From Trypanosoma brucei (Eukaryota): 64,000 nucleotides of DNA. Positions within the stretch are counted from its first letter, which is position 1; the number at the start of each line of letters is the position of its first letter. The stretch spans positions 608,001 through 672,000 of the forward strand of contig CM000208.1 in the NCBI GenBank assembly GCA_000002445.1, given 5' to 3'. The translations under genes were made by a program, and so were the position numbers. Shown piece by piece: positions 33,702 to 44,722 of the stretch. Under the pieces are notes generated by a model. It was given only the letters and a program-made list of their open reading frames with translations, was not told the origin of the DNA and searched no databases.

Positions 33702-34840
33702 AGAATCTACGAAGTTTTCGTTACATTTTCTAAAATGATACAAGACCCTCGGTATGTCAAGGAGTAAAAAATTACCCGTAGTGTTTTCCGTTGAGAGGGG
33801 TTGCGTCCATCGTATTCAAAGGGGGCTGATCCGCGGCGGACAATTCACTGATCGAGTTAATTAATTCTAGAATATTTTCTGTATACTAAGCTGTTGTGTT
33901 GGCAGCAACTCTTCTAACGTGCTTGCAAATCCCTCTGGTGCTGCTCCTTATGTGCCCGCCAATTTTGTTGCGTTTCCTGCATATGCAATGTTTAGGATGA
34001 GAAAACAGGAGGTACACGAGGTGTGTCACCATCCCGTTGAAACGTCTTAAATGAACTATCGGGAGAGTAGTTTATGAGGAAGCGTGAAGTTTTCACCAGT
34101 ATGTTGTAATGAAGGGAAGTGAATGTTGGGTGCTTTTTTGTTCAGCAAGTAGGGAGGCCCATTTTGGATGTTGAATGGGAAGGGGTAATTATACCGAGCC
34201 TGCGATGGGCGCTGTGGACCCATCTTCTAGCCGTTACACAGCTCTCCTCCCCCCCCCCCCCCGATGAAAGCACCCTGGCTTTGTTTTATTCATTACGTAC
34301 ATTTTGCGTTTTCAACACCGGGGGAGGTATTGCCATCGAGATCACCCAAATCAGCGGTGACGTTATCGTTTCTCTCGAATTCAACCAACAAACTGCTGCT
34401 CGCCGTTTTACAGTCGTGTGGTTGGGCATACAATATCACTCGTTCGCTAAATAATCTCTTAAGCGTTTGCGTTGGCACTGGACCGTGACAAACAGGGCTT
34501 CGAACCAGCACGACACATATTATGATATCGGCAAACTGTTGTTATGGTGTATGGTTGCTCGATGCGAGTGGTTTTGGCCACATGACTGTTTTGACGTGGC
34601 GGTAAGCTTTATTAATGAGGTGAGTGTAACTTAGTGTCTGTTTTTTCACCATTTGAAACGTTCGACAATCGTAGCTGGTACGTAATGTATCACGTGCGTC
34701 AGCAGCACTCGTGTTTTGTTTTTGTCTTCTTTTTAATGATTTTCCCCCTCTTTTCTTTGGGCCACGTCACCGCGCCATCGTTATCCTGTGCTTCGGGGGT
34801 TGGGTAGTGTAGTATCTCTATCAAGGTGATTTAGTTCTCA

Positions 34841-37699
34841 ATGCAGTCTTGTATGATGCATATGGAACTCCGCATCGCCGGCATCGACTCCTTGTCCCTG
34901 TTTGATGCTGAGAGTTTCGTTCGCATGCATCAGCTAAGTCAAAATTCACCGCAAGTTTTATATGCCAATAATTCACTCGTTAGATTACCTCGAGGAGGCG
35001 TAAACGCTAGTGACCATTTCAAACCCCAAGTCAAGGTTCAGTTCGTTTTTGAAAACCTTGTACGTATCGAGAGTTCAACGGTAGAGGCTGTATCCGACCG
35101 CAGACAGCATGAGGAGCAGATAAAATCAAAGTGGGATGCCAGTGAGATACGTACGAAAAGGTTTCACTGCAATTATTCTCAGGCGATTATTGCTTCTCTC
35201 CCTCGTATCGTCGTAGAGCGGTATGTGAAGATACGTGTTCTTCAGCTCGCTCCCCTGCTAAGTAAGGAGGAGACCATTGCTGTGGGAGCTACTTTTCCAC
35301 ATTATTTTAACAACGATGAACCCAGTTTGTGCGTCGGTGTCGCTAAGATTAGTTTAAGAGATCTGATTGCAACAAGTAGTGGCGTTAGCGTTACCTTGCA
35401 ACCGAAACGGAGCATGATTGCCGCAGTGGAGTCTCTCAATCTTAATGCCGTTGCAACCAATGCTATGTTTGGAAAGGATGCTGGGGGCAGTGGGGTGCTG
35501 ACATTTCAGGTTGTCAGTGTGGTGTTCAGTCAAAAAACTCTTTCGTCGATGTTATGTTGCCCTGACTACAACGATAATGCAACCCCCACTTCAGTGTTGG
35601 CAAACGGAAGGAGAATGGACAACGCCAGTGACGGTGCGGTGTTAAGCACTATTGGACCAGAATTGGTGACGGACGACCTCATGGCTCTGCACCAGCAGAT
35701 GAATTCAGGAGCTGTGCGTTTTGTGCTTGTCCCCTACATGGTGCTTGCTGATGCCGTTCTTCGTTTCCACGATGCGTTTTCATGGCGCAACCCCCTTAAG
35801 ACGCTGCTGCTCCTTTGTATTATTTGTGTTGTTATATCTGTCGAAGTGGTGGATATGGGTCTAGTATTTGCCATTGTTTCCGAGGCGTTGACTATGGTGC
35901 GAACGATGGTTTTCTTTTACCGCGTTCCACCTCGTACGAATATGGGACCGAATGCGGTGCAATTTTTAGCAGAGCGGAAGGGCACTTTTCAAGCTGTGCT
36001 GTACGGCTCTCACAACCACGTCATTAACAGCTTGATCCGGGCGCGATTATTTTTCACTCAGGGCTTACAACCCGATTGCTATTTCGAGCTGGTATATCTC
36101 TTTTACCGTTTGAAGAAGTTGAAGCGAGGCGTTTCGATTTTTATCGCTGCGTTGGTGTCTGGGAGTATACTATTTTCATTCGAAACCTTCGTACTGTTTG
36201 GTATGTTGTTTGCCTTTCTGGTTTACCCCCTATTACTGCGTTTTTCACATAGTCGGCTGCGGAAAACGTGGAGGCGTCAGTTAACTTCTGGAACATTGTG
36301 GAAAACTATTTCGTTGTCGCGCTCTATGCCTGTTGCGCGTGTTGTTCAAGTGATCGGGCCACACGAGAGATGTGTTCCAACGCAAAATTTTGTCGCGAGT
36401 ACGTCGCGTTTTTCGACTCGTCGGGACGTAGACGAATTGAAGATATCGAAGGATCATTCTACTCTTTTAGGCATAGAGCGTCCAGCTGCATTAGCCAAAG
36501 ATGACGAGGAGAAGGTTCTCGACCCTCAGGGAGATGTGCAAGGACCAAGACCGCCAGTAAACTACAATCCTGCTGAAAACTCCTTTTCTTGCACTGGTGG
36601 TCGCAATGCTGGCGTCTTCGGTTGCAATTCTCTGCAACCTCTTGCTTGCCGGCAGAAGCTGGCACCTAGGAAGTCTGAGATGATAAAACATGAACCTCAG
36701 CAGCCGCTGCACTTAACTTTCGTCACAATTGTTATCGGAAGTGAAGTCGCCCCAGCATGCCACAGCAGAACCACAAGTATTAATGGTACAACTACAAACA
36801 GCACACTAGTACAAAGACTCTGGAGAGTTTTTCAACGCGCGGGCGCACTCGGTCGACCCCCTCCGTCCCACCTGTTGAACTCTCAATACCAATCGTACTT
36901 TAATAGTGTGTTAACGTTTCTTCAGTTCGTGGGCCGACAGTGCACGCTAGATGCTTATATGTCGGTAGATGCCTCCACAACACTTGCAGAGTTGGCAGGT
37001 GGAACTGTAAAGTTGGACCAAGTCGCACCTCTTTGCAATCTTCTGGAGGTGGGTAAAGATGACGGCATCACCTCCACACTCCTCGCTCATTCTGGCCAAC
37101 AAATCGTTCTATCCAAACTCCAGTTGCCCAATAGCGCGGAGAGTAGTGCTCGTGCACTTGCCTTACTGGCCGCGTACTTGCTGCAAGGGTCGCGACTCTC
37201 TGTTTACAGTGAACCGGGAGGAAAGGTCTGCAGTGTTATCATACCACTCAAAATGGATGATAATGATATTGAAACGGCAACTGAACCCCATCCCTGCCCT
37301 GCCCCGCTACAGAAGGCTCTTGTGGGTTTCTGGAAAGGCTTGGCAGGGGGAGACTGCAGCATAGACATAAGCCCAGATGTCGTTTTAACGGTTATCACCA
37401 CCTATAAGGACACCTGGAACGGTGACAACGCGGCCACGAACCCGGCACATGAGTACAACCATATTAGTGGACAAAATGATGACAACAGTACGAATCGAGA
37501 AGTCTCGAAACGACTCATGCAAACACTCAACCCAACACAAATGAACAAGCGATACTCGATGGCATCTGCTGAACTACCTCCTCTTGACACAGAAGACAAA
37601 GCGTTGTTCTTTCGACATGCTGGTGGACCCGTAAGGCCCGACGATAGCGCAGGCATATCCCCTCGAAATTATCATCGAGCCACGCGGACGTGGGCTTGA
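34841..37699 (+). CDS. large conserved hypothetical protein with a central cluster of transmembrane helices; function unknown
   Basis: 952-aa ORF with coding-like composition. Hydrophobic helices at ~aa 320-470 (LLLLCIICVVISVEVVDMGLVFAIV; IFIAALVSGSILFSFETFVLFGMLFAFLVYPLLL). The start may be a downstream ATG. Confidence 0.45.
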   Translation: MQSCMMHMELRIAGIDSLSLFDAESFVRMHQLSQNSPQVLYANNSLVRLPRGGVNASDHFKPQVKVQFVFENLVRIESSTVEAVSDRRQHEEQIKSKWDASEIRTKRFHCNYSQAIIASLPRIVVERYVKIRVLQLAPLLSKEETIAVGATFPHYFNNDEPSLCVGVAKISLRDLIATSSGVSVTLQPKRSMIAAVESLNLNAVATNAMFGKDAGGSGVLTFQVVSVVFSQKTLSSMLCCPDYNDNATPTSVLANGRRMDNASDGAVLSTIGPELVTDDLMALHQQMNSGAVRFVLVPYMVLADAVLRFHDAFSWRNPLKTLLLLCIICVVISVEVVDMGLVFAIVSEALTMVRTMVFFYRVPPRTNMGPNAVQFLAERKGTFQAVLYGSHNHVINSLIRARLFFTQGLQPDCYFELVYLFYRLKKLKRGVSIFIAALVSGSILFSFETFVLFGMLFAFLVYPLLLRFSHSRLRKTWRRQLTSGTLWKTISLSRSMPVARVVQVIGPHERCVPTQNFVASTSRFSTRRDVDELKISKDHSTLLGIERPAALAKDDEEKVLDPQGDVQGPRPPVNYNPAENSFSCTGGRNAGVFGCNSLQPLACRQKLAPRKSEMIKHEPQQPLHLTFVTIVIGSEVAPACHSRTTSINGTTTNSTLVQRLWRVFQRAGALGRPPPSHLLNSQYQSYFNSVLTFLQFVGRQCTLDAYMSVDASTTLAELAGGTVKLDQVAPLCNLLEVGKDDGITSTLLAHSGQQIVLSKLQLPNSAESSARALALLAAYLLQGSRLSVYSEPGGKVCSVIIPLKMDDNDIETATEPHPCPAPLQKALVGFWKGLAGGDCSIDISPDVVLTVITTYKDTWNGDNAATNPAHEYNHISGQNDDNSTNREVSKRLMQTLNPTQMNKRYSMASAELPPLDTEDKALFFRHAGGPVRPDDSAGISPRNYHRATRTWA

Positions 37700-37809
37700 G
37701 CCGGAGGGTCGGGAGCTGCGTCACTAGGGGGGCGGTTTCTGCACTATTATCATTCGTTATTGTTAATACTTACTTAACACCTGCAGACTTGGAACATTGA
37801 GCGTCTTTG

Positions 37810-37811
<2 letters not shown>

Positions 37812-37847
<36 letters not shown>
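37812..37847. repeat. (GT)18 microsatellite
   Basis: gtgtgtgt... run seen directly; intergenic. Confidence 0.9.
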
Positions 37848-37848
<1 letters not shown>

Positions 37849-39478
37849 GCGAATTACATGACCATGGGTTGCCACATTTTTTTCAACTTTCGTGGACCGT
37901 CCCCGATTTGGAGGAATTAGGGACGAAAGCATCGAGTAGGAAGCGCGATGGTTGGGGGTACGAATATGCAGGAGCGTGTGGTGCGTGTTATTACTGTTAT
38001 CGCTTTTTGTCCTTACGTTGCGCGATCTGACCCCAATATACCATTACACACGCGGTATCAGTTGTCATTATTTTGTTCTCCTACCTCTTTCCGTATGCTA
38101 GTTGGGTGTAGAAAATTATTTCTTTGCTATCCCTTCGTCCTTTTGTATATCCCTTCACAAAGTCCGTTGAAGTTGGCCCCTCTTCTTTCCGCTTTTGCAC
38201 CGTCAGGACCATGAGAAAGCAGGTTGTATCTTCACATCTTTCGTCGTGCCACACTGCCTATCCCCCTTTTTCAAAACTTCTCCCTTTTTAAAATTAATTC
38301 TAAGAACTTCAGGGTACTTGCCATTCGTGTAGCCATACGAAATCTCTCTACCTCCGACCGCCGGGGGAAGTTATCGCGCAGTAACTACCGTGAATATGAG
38401 GAACATTTGCTAGCCACCGGTGTGACCCGAGTTTACTTTTCTTTCCCCTCTTCCCCGGTGCGGTGGTGAGATCCCTCCAACGGCGGATCTTTCCGGATGC
38501 TCGAAGTGCTCATCTGCCTTCCCATTGTTGAGTTGGAGGAGTATTGTTGACTTAACTAAACGTCCTACGGGGTTGTGAGCTTCGTGTTAAGGCCGGAGGG
38601 CATGCTTATGAGGTGTCATTGCCATTTGGAGCGCCCACTTTTTGCAAGGTAAGTTCTTTCCAAAACTGGAAAAGGGGAGTGATGCATCCCGTTAGTACTG
38701 CACATAATTCTATTTTTGCTTTTCTTTACTCCCCTGCGTGTTGCATTTAGCGTGAAAAACATTGGAGCATACCTCTACTTAATCCAGTTGCTGAATCATT
38801 GCCCTTATTGTTTCATCGTTGTTGTGGCAAAAGCGAGCGAAGCGAACCAGCTGAAGTGCTGTGCTATATTTTGTATGCGGCAATGAGAACGCTGATGAAC
38901 TGAACCAACGTTTAAGAGGTCTGAAACTCGTGCCTTTTATTTGAAAACTTGCGTATTTTTTCCAACTTTCCTGTGTTGAACAGACGATCGATCCCCAAGT
39001 GGAAACGTTGAATGTAGTTGTTTCCCTCGAGCCTATGCAAATTTGTTTTTTATTTATCTCCGCCAACTCATGCCATGAGAGAGGGGGATGCTTTTAAATG
39101 TGTGGTGTATCCGCTTCACTGCCAATATGAGGTGCGCTCATTCTTCGACTAACTTCTCACCCTTTCTTATTGTTTCTGTCACTTTCTCGCCACCTTTGTC
39201 TCTCAGACGTATATCGACAGGCGAATAGTGTGTGTAGGAAGTTTGCGCCACCGTACATACACATCTATTTCTAGTACGGGCTGTTTCTGAGGGAAGTGAG
39301 GTAAGGTACCGAAAGGAAGCCCACCCCAAGGTTGTGCACAACGGCTGGTGTGTCCACAGGTTTAGTCATTTCTATAGAACCAACTTTGTTGGTGTTGCCG
39401 CTTTTTTTTTTTTTTGCGACCTCGCAATAATTCTATACGTCTTCATCTCTAATTTATTAACACGACTAATAAAAAAAA

Positions 39479-41155
39479 ATGGACGGTGATCTTTCCCAAC
39501 TAGGGTTCCTACAAGAGGTGGATAGGTTCTTCGATGTCTTACGTGAGAAGACCCTCCGAGACCGACCCGATAATATCCCAGAATATGTGATGCAGAATTG
39601 TAGAAAGGTTGCAGACACTCTCAGGAAGGATTCATGCGACATCATCCCGGATGCTGCCGCACCTGAATTGAAGGAAAGAGCACTTACTATTGTCGTGCTT
39701 GGGGCAAGCGGTGACTTGGCGAGGAATAAAACGTTCCCGGCGCTGTTTCAACTATTCTGTAACGGATTAATTCCGCGAACGATTAACATTGTCGGCTACG
39801 CTCGCACCAAAATGCCTGACGTGGAGCAATGGAAAAAAGAGAGCCTAGCTAAGCATTTTCCTCGGACTAAGGATCGCTGCCCCCATATTGAGGCTTTCTT
39901 GAAGACAATCACCTATATCTCGGGCTCGTATGACGGTGCGGAGGATTTTTTTCGTCTTAACGACGTGATAACAAAATTTGAGGAGTCGTTTCCAGGAAAA
40001 CAGAAAGGAGGCAACAGGTTGTTCTACCTTGCGTTACCACCTTCTGTATTTATGCATGCGTGCACGGGGATTCGCACTCATGTGATGCAGAAACCGGGCC
40101 TGGGGTGGGTTCGAATAATTATTGAAAAACCATTCGGGCACGACACGGAAAGTTCTAATGAACTTTCGAGGCAGTTGGAGCCTCTTTTCGAAGAATCCCA
40201 AATTTTTCGAATCGATCATTATCTTGGGAAGGAAATGGTGCAAAATATTGTTGTCACCCGCTTCGCCAACCGTGTTTTCAGTGCACTATGGAACAATAAT
40301 AACATCGCGTGCGTCCGGATCACTTTTAAGGAGTCTATCGGGACGGAGGGCCGCGGTGGTTACTTTGACAAGGCGGGTATTATCCGCGACGTGGTGCAAA
40401 ACCACCTTACCCAGATCCTTTCACTGTTAGCAATGGAGAAACCACGCTCACTAAGCCCAGAGGATATACGTGATGAAAAGGTAATTGTACTAAGGCATGT
40501 GAATCCCGTGACTCCCGCCGACTGCGTGTTGGGACAGTACACGAGGTCTGAAGACGGTTCTATTCCTGGTTACCTGGAGGATCCAACGGTGCCGAGGGGA
40601 AGTAAATGCGCGACATTCGTGGTACTTCGACTGTTCATTAACAACGACCGCTGGGACGGTGTGCCATTCATCATAGAGGCGGGGAAAGCGGTGGAGCGGC
40701 GCTATCTCGGCATACGCATCCAGTTTAAGGATGAAATCCGCCCCTTTGGAGTTGCCGCACAGCGCAACGAACTGATCATACGAGCGCAGCCCTCGGAGGC
40801 AATGTATTTGAGACTTACCGCAAAAACACCCGGCGTTCTCTCAGACACTCACCAGACCGAACTTGACCTCTCCTACGAACATCGTTACAACATAACTCTG
40901 CCAGATGCCTATGAGAGCCTCATTCACGAAGCACTTCTGGGGAGGTCCACCAATTTCGTTCGAAAGGATGAACTCGATGCCGCGTGGAGGATCTACACAC
41001 CACTCTTGGAGGCTATTGAACGTGGAGAAACCACAACGTACCCCTACTCCGCTGGGTCAAAGGGGCCGGCGGAAGCACAAAAGTTTGTTGATGACACTGG
41101 GTTTAAACCTCTCACAGGGGATATTTACCAGCAGCGGAAGCTTCATCATTTGTAA
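39479..41155 (+). CDS. G6PDH: glucose-6-phosphate 1-dehydrogenase
   Basis: NADP-binding site VVLGASGDLARNKTFPAL. G6PD active-site signature RIDHYLGKE. IIEKPFGHD. The C-terminal domain is collinear with G6PD, and the gene has a trypanosome-type N-terminal extension. Confidence 0.95.
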   Translation: MDGDLSQLGFLQEVDRFFDVLREKTLRDRPDNIPEYVMQNCRKVADTLRKDSCDIIPDAAAPELKERALTIVVLGASGDLARNKTFPALFQLFCNGLIPRTINIVGYARTKMPDVEQWKKESLAKHFPRTKDRCPHIEAFLKTITYISGSYDGAEDFFRLNDVITKFEESFPGKQKGGNRLFYLALPPSVFMHACTGIRTHVMQKPGLGWVRIIIEKPFGHDTESSNELSRQLEPLFEESQIFRIDHYLGKEMVQNIVVTRFANRVFSALWNNNNIACVRITFKESIGTEGRGGYFDKAGIIRDVVQNHLTQILSLLAMEKPRSLSPEDIRDEKVIVLRHVNPVTPADCVLGQYTRSEDGSIPGYLEDPTVPRGSKCATFVVLRLFINNDRWDGVPFIIEAGKAVERRYLGIRIQFKDEIRPFGVAAQRNELIIRAQPSEAMYLRLTAKTPGVLSDTHQTELDLSYEHRYNITLPDAYESLIHEALLGRSTNFVRKDELDAAWRIYTPLLEAIERGETTTYPYSAGSKGPAEAQKFVDDTGFKPLTGDIYQQRKLHHL

Positions 41156-42727
41156 TTCTCCTCGTGGTTTCTAGTGGCCTCATACGAGCGCAAATATAGT
41201 CGCAATGGGTTAGGGGATCTCTGTGCTCTACAAAATATTCCTCCATATTTTCCATTTGATTAAACTTTACTTCTCCCTATTTTTACACCTCTTTGTGGTG
41301 TTTCAAACGCTTCTTCCTTTTTCTCTTTCACCTTTAAAAATGTGTTTCTATGCACTTGTGTTGCACTACATAACGTGCTTTGTTGACGGATGGTGAAGGT
41401 GGTGCGTAGGACCCTGTAGGAGTGGAAGCAGGTCCTATTTCACTCTTAATTTTAATTTGTCTTCTCTGCCATCCTACAGGATTGAAGAAAAAATTGTTGT
41501 ATGTCTTCACCGAAAATCAGTAATTCATTCAACTCCTTCTCTTTCTACTTACGTTCCTATTTCCTTTGTTTTTTTTACAGGAATAATGTGAGAGCTTTCT
41601 TTTCCGTTCATTCCCGTGTGCAAGTGCCGCCCTTCTGTAGATGCCTACGGTCCGGGTGAGGTGTCTTCATGGAGACGCCCTTGAGGGTTGAACACGAAAA
41701 AAAAAAACGTTCGGTAGAGGGTATGACGACGTGTGTGTGTATGTGTGTGCACTTGAAGTGCTTGGAAGGGAAAGAGGGTATAACCCAGCAGGAGGTTGGG
41801 GATGCCAAATATTCAGTACATATAAACATCAGGCGTAATTACTTTTCCCCCGTTATTGCCATCTTCTGTTTTCATTTTCTGTGGGTCAGTGCTCATATGC
41901 TTTTTTTTTTCTTTCACTCTTACCTCTGATATAAAGCCTCCGTTTTGTCTTATTATTTTTACCCACGCCCCTACCCACACACCAAGTCCACACCTGTCAT
42001 GTAGGTAAGAGGCATCGGAGGCTATCGGCATTGGCGTGCAAATGTTACTGCGTGGGGAATATTCACGATGTGATTAGCAACCGGTTAATCAGAAGGTGTG
42101 ATGTGTTTTGCCTTCATTCCCCTTTCGTCAGTTGCCGTTCAAGTCGTGTAAGTTTTTGCATCACGTTGGCGGCGGCCTCAATACGTTCTTCATCTCTGAG
42201 GTTAAACGTGAGATTTGCGTACGTTTCCGTGCTTTTTTTTTCACCACATCTTTTGGACACTTCGTGAGTTTTCTTTGTTTTCACATGTGCCCGGACGGTT
42301 TTTGTCCCTTGTTGGACGTGTACGGTTATTGTATCGCATGCACTCAGTTACGCCTGTTGAAACAACGAAACTAGGAGAAATTGCTGCGGTGCTTGTTGGC
42401 TTTCTCCTGTTTTGGAGGCAATGCTACAGCGCAATTTCCTTTAGTACGCACCGTGGTTACAGGGAAGGTGTGTTTACATTCCCTGCAATTATGTTTAGGT
42501 GGCTGAGGGTTGTATTTTTTAAAGCGCGTGGGTTGTATCACGTTCCTATTCGGGGTGACACTAATTGCATTGTCCTTTCAGTCACTATTGATGAGTGATG
42601 TACGAGGATGTCGGTACGGTCTTATTTGCTATACAAAGTTTTTCCGGTCCCTTTTCGTTGTATATGCTTATCTTTTTCCTTTTTTTTTTGGCGGGGTGGG
42701 GGAAGGAAGTTTCACGCTTGTAAGTAA

Positions 42728-43792
42728 ATGAAGCCCTTTCCCGCCTTTTTAACATTGTTCCTAGTTGCGCTGTCACCGCTCACTACCCCGTCCCAGAGTG
42801 CTGGGGATGATGTGCAACACAACCTATTTAGTTGGAGTTCTGCGGACAATATGACAGATGGTGATGTTGGAAGTGCTCGAGTACCCGAAGAAGAAGAGAA
42901 AGAGCGAACTTCCGTTAGCAATGAGTCAAAGGATGCGCAGTGTAAAGGAAAATACGGTCTTTACTCACACTATGTCTTGGGTCATAACCACTGTTCCTGG
43001 GAACCTCCGTATGGCGTGGCAATGTCGCCATTGTATCTCCCTCCAGATATCAGTGCAGACGCGGATCGCTGTTCATTTATGTGGCTCTTGCGTGAAATGT
43101 TGTTCACAGCAAGCAAGGAAGGCATAGCACTCGTACCGCATAATGTGAAAAGGGGAGATTCAACACCTCTACAATGCGGTCGTGTGGCATTACACCCGTG
43201 GATCGTTGTCCGTGGCGAACCTAAAGAATGGGGACCGATCCGAGGTGTGTCTACGCACAAGGTGATGGTCAGTTCTGATCCTAGTGACGGAACTGACATG
43301 CTTTGGCCCCTCCTCCTCCTTGTTTCGTTAGGTGTGCTCGCCGCGTTTCTGCTTTTAATACTCGTTTTTATGATGAAGACTATACGCGGTGGAACGCTGC
43401 TGGAGGAGCGAACCACGTCTATGACTGCTGCATCTCCAGATGAGAATGACAAGAAACTGCACGACAATGGAAGTGTGACCGAATGCCGGTCTGTTAGAGA
43501 GGGGAAAGGAAATGAAGAGGATAAAGAAGGAGGACGTGAAGGTGAAAAGGAGGAACAAATAGAAAAGAATGAGATTGGAGAAGAGGTAGTTGAAGCCGAA
43601 ACAGCGTCTGAAGGGCACACGAGCGAGATTACCGCCCTTCACTCGCTTTCAGGGTCATGGCACAGTGAAGGCAGTGATCAGCTGCTTACTTCAAACGACT
43701 CTCCGTTGCCGCAGCCTCCCATCGAGTTGGTTGCATCCCCACTTGAGACTCCAAAGGAGGGGGATGTAAAGGCGCCGCATGGACACTTATGA
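42728..43792 (+). CDS. hypothetical type I membrane protein (signal peptide, single TM, acidic Glu/Lys-rich cytoplasmic tail)
   Basis: Signal peptide MKPFPAFLTLFLVALSPLTTPSQSAG. TM LWPLLLLVSLGVLAAFLLLILVFMM. Tail EEDKEGGREGEKEEQIEKNEIGEEVVEAETASEG. Confidence 0.45.
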   Translation: MKPFPAFLTLFLVALSPLTTPSQSAGDDVQHNLFSWSSADNMTDGDVGSARVPEEEEKERTSVSNESKDAQCKGKYGLYSHYVLGHNHCSWEPPYGVAMSPLYLPPDISADADRCSFMWLLREMLFTASKEGIALVPHNVKRGDSTPLQCGRVALHPWIVVRGEPKEWGPIRGVSTHKVMVSSDPSDGTDMLWPLLLLVSLGVLAAFLLLILVFMMKTIRGGTLLEERTTSMTAASPDENDKKLHDNGSVTECRSVREGKGNEEDKEGGREGEKEEQIEKNEIGEEVVEAETASEGHTSEITALHSLSGSWHSEGSDQLLTSNDSPLPQPPIELVASPLETPKEGDVKAPHGHL

Positions 43793-44722
43793 TATCTTTT
43801 AAATTCAATAAACTTTGGTTTCGGTACGCGAATACGTTTAAATCAAATATGTGCATATATTAATAATACTAATATGGCCTATTTTAACTCTTAAAATCAT
43901 GTGGATTTTTTTTTTTTGAAGTACCTCACGAAGTTTCGTTCAAAGTCCCTCCTGAAATATCCCCGACGCTAGCGAGGAGGAGGGGGAGTGGTAAAGTTTG
44001 AAGAATGTGTAGGACGTGCTTTCTATTTTTTCATGTGTTATTTGTTTGCGGCATTCGCATGAGTTAACATCACTGCTACTATTTTTCCCCCTTCTACTGC
44101 TTTAATAACCGCTGACTATGTTCTTCCCCACTGGGTTTGCTGCGGTGCGGGTAAGTAAAGTTGCGAATAAAAAACGGAGCGGGTTGGTGAGTTTACACCT
44201 GTGTGCGCATATTGATTATATGCGTGGTGGTCTGCATTTTTTCTTTTTTTTGCTCTGTAGTCTCTCTTTCGTTCCGATGATTGGAGGAGTTGTTGGCGTG
44301 GTGTACGACAATCCACAGCGATAATGACTCTCGTTCGCTCCGCTGCCCCTCTCCCTGCCCTGTGTTACCACACCCTCCTCCAAGGTAATCACGGACTTTG
44401 GCATGTCTCTGACTTAGAATGGCATTTGAAGTAACACCTTGGTAGCCACTGGTTTGCTGTTGTTGTGGAGACCCAATAGGAGGGATCTTTTCCTTTCTAA
44501 TGTCTGCCTCCGTTTTTTTTCTTTCTGCGGATGCCAATTTTGTGGAGGTGTGGCAGGGTTTTTTTTTCCTGGATAAGCTTTCCTGTATAAGCAAGATGAA
44601 TACTGTGCGAGTTATACTGCATACCTCACTAGACACCTATTCTCGTTGCAGGTATTATAACATTTACATTGATTTGCTTCATTTCGGTAGCTAAACGTAA
44701 GGGGTTGAGTAGGAAACTTTAA

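Noticed and set aside
33099..33743. Long antisense ORFs inside genes (e.g. 33099-33743 -, 42982-43620 -, 49361-49909 -, 52869-53438 -, 8070-8432 -)
   Set aside because: They are embedded in better-supported sense genes with clear domains. They are stop-codon-poor by chance and show no motifs.
34119..34454. 111-aa ORF spanning the C14 homopolymer
   Set aside because: It is an intergenic ORF whose frame runs through the poly-C (poly-Pro) run, with no protein-like features.
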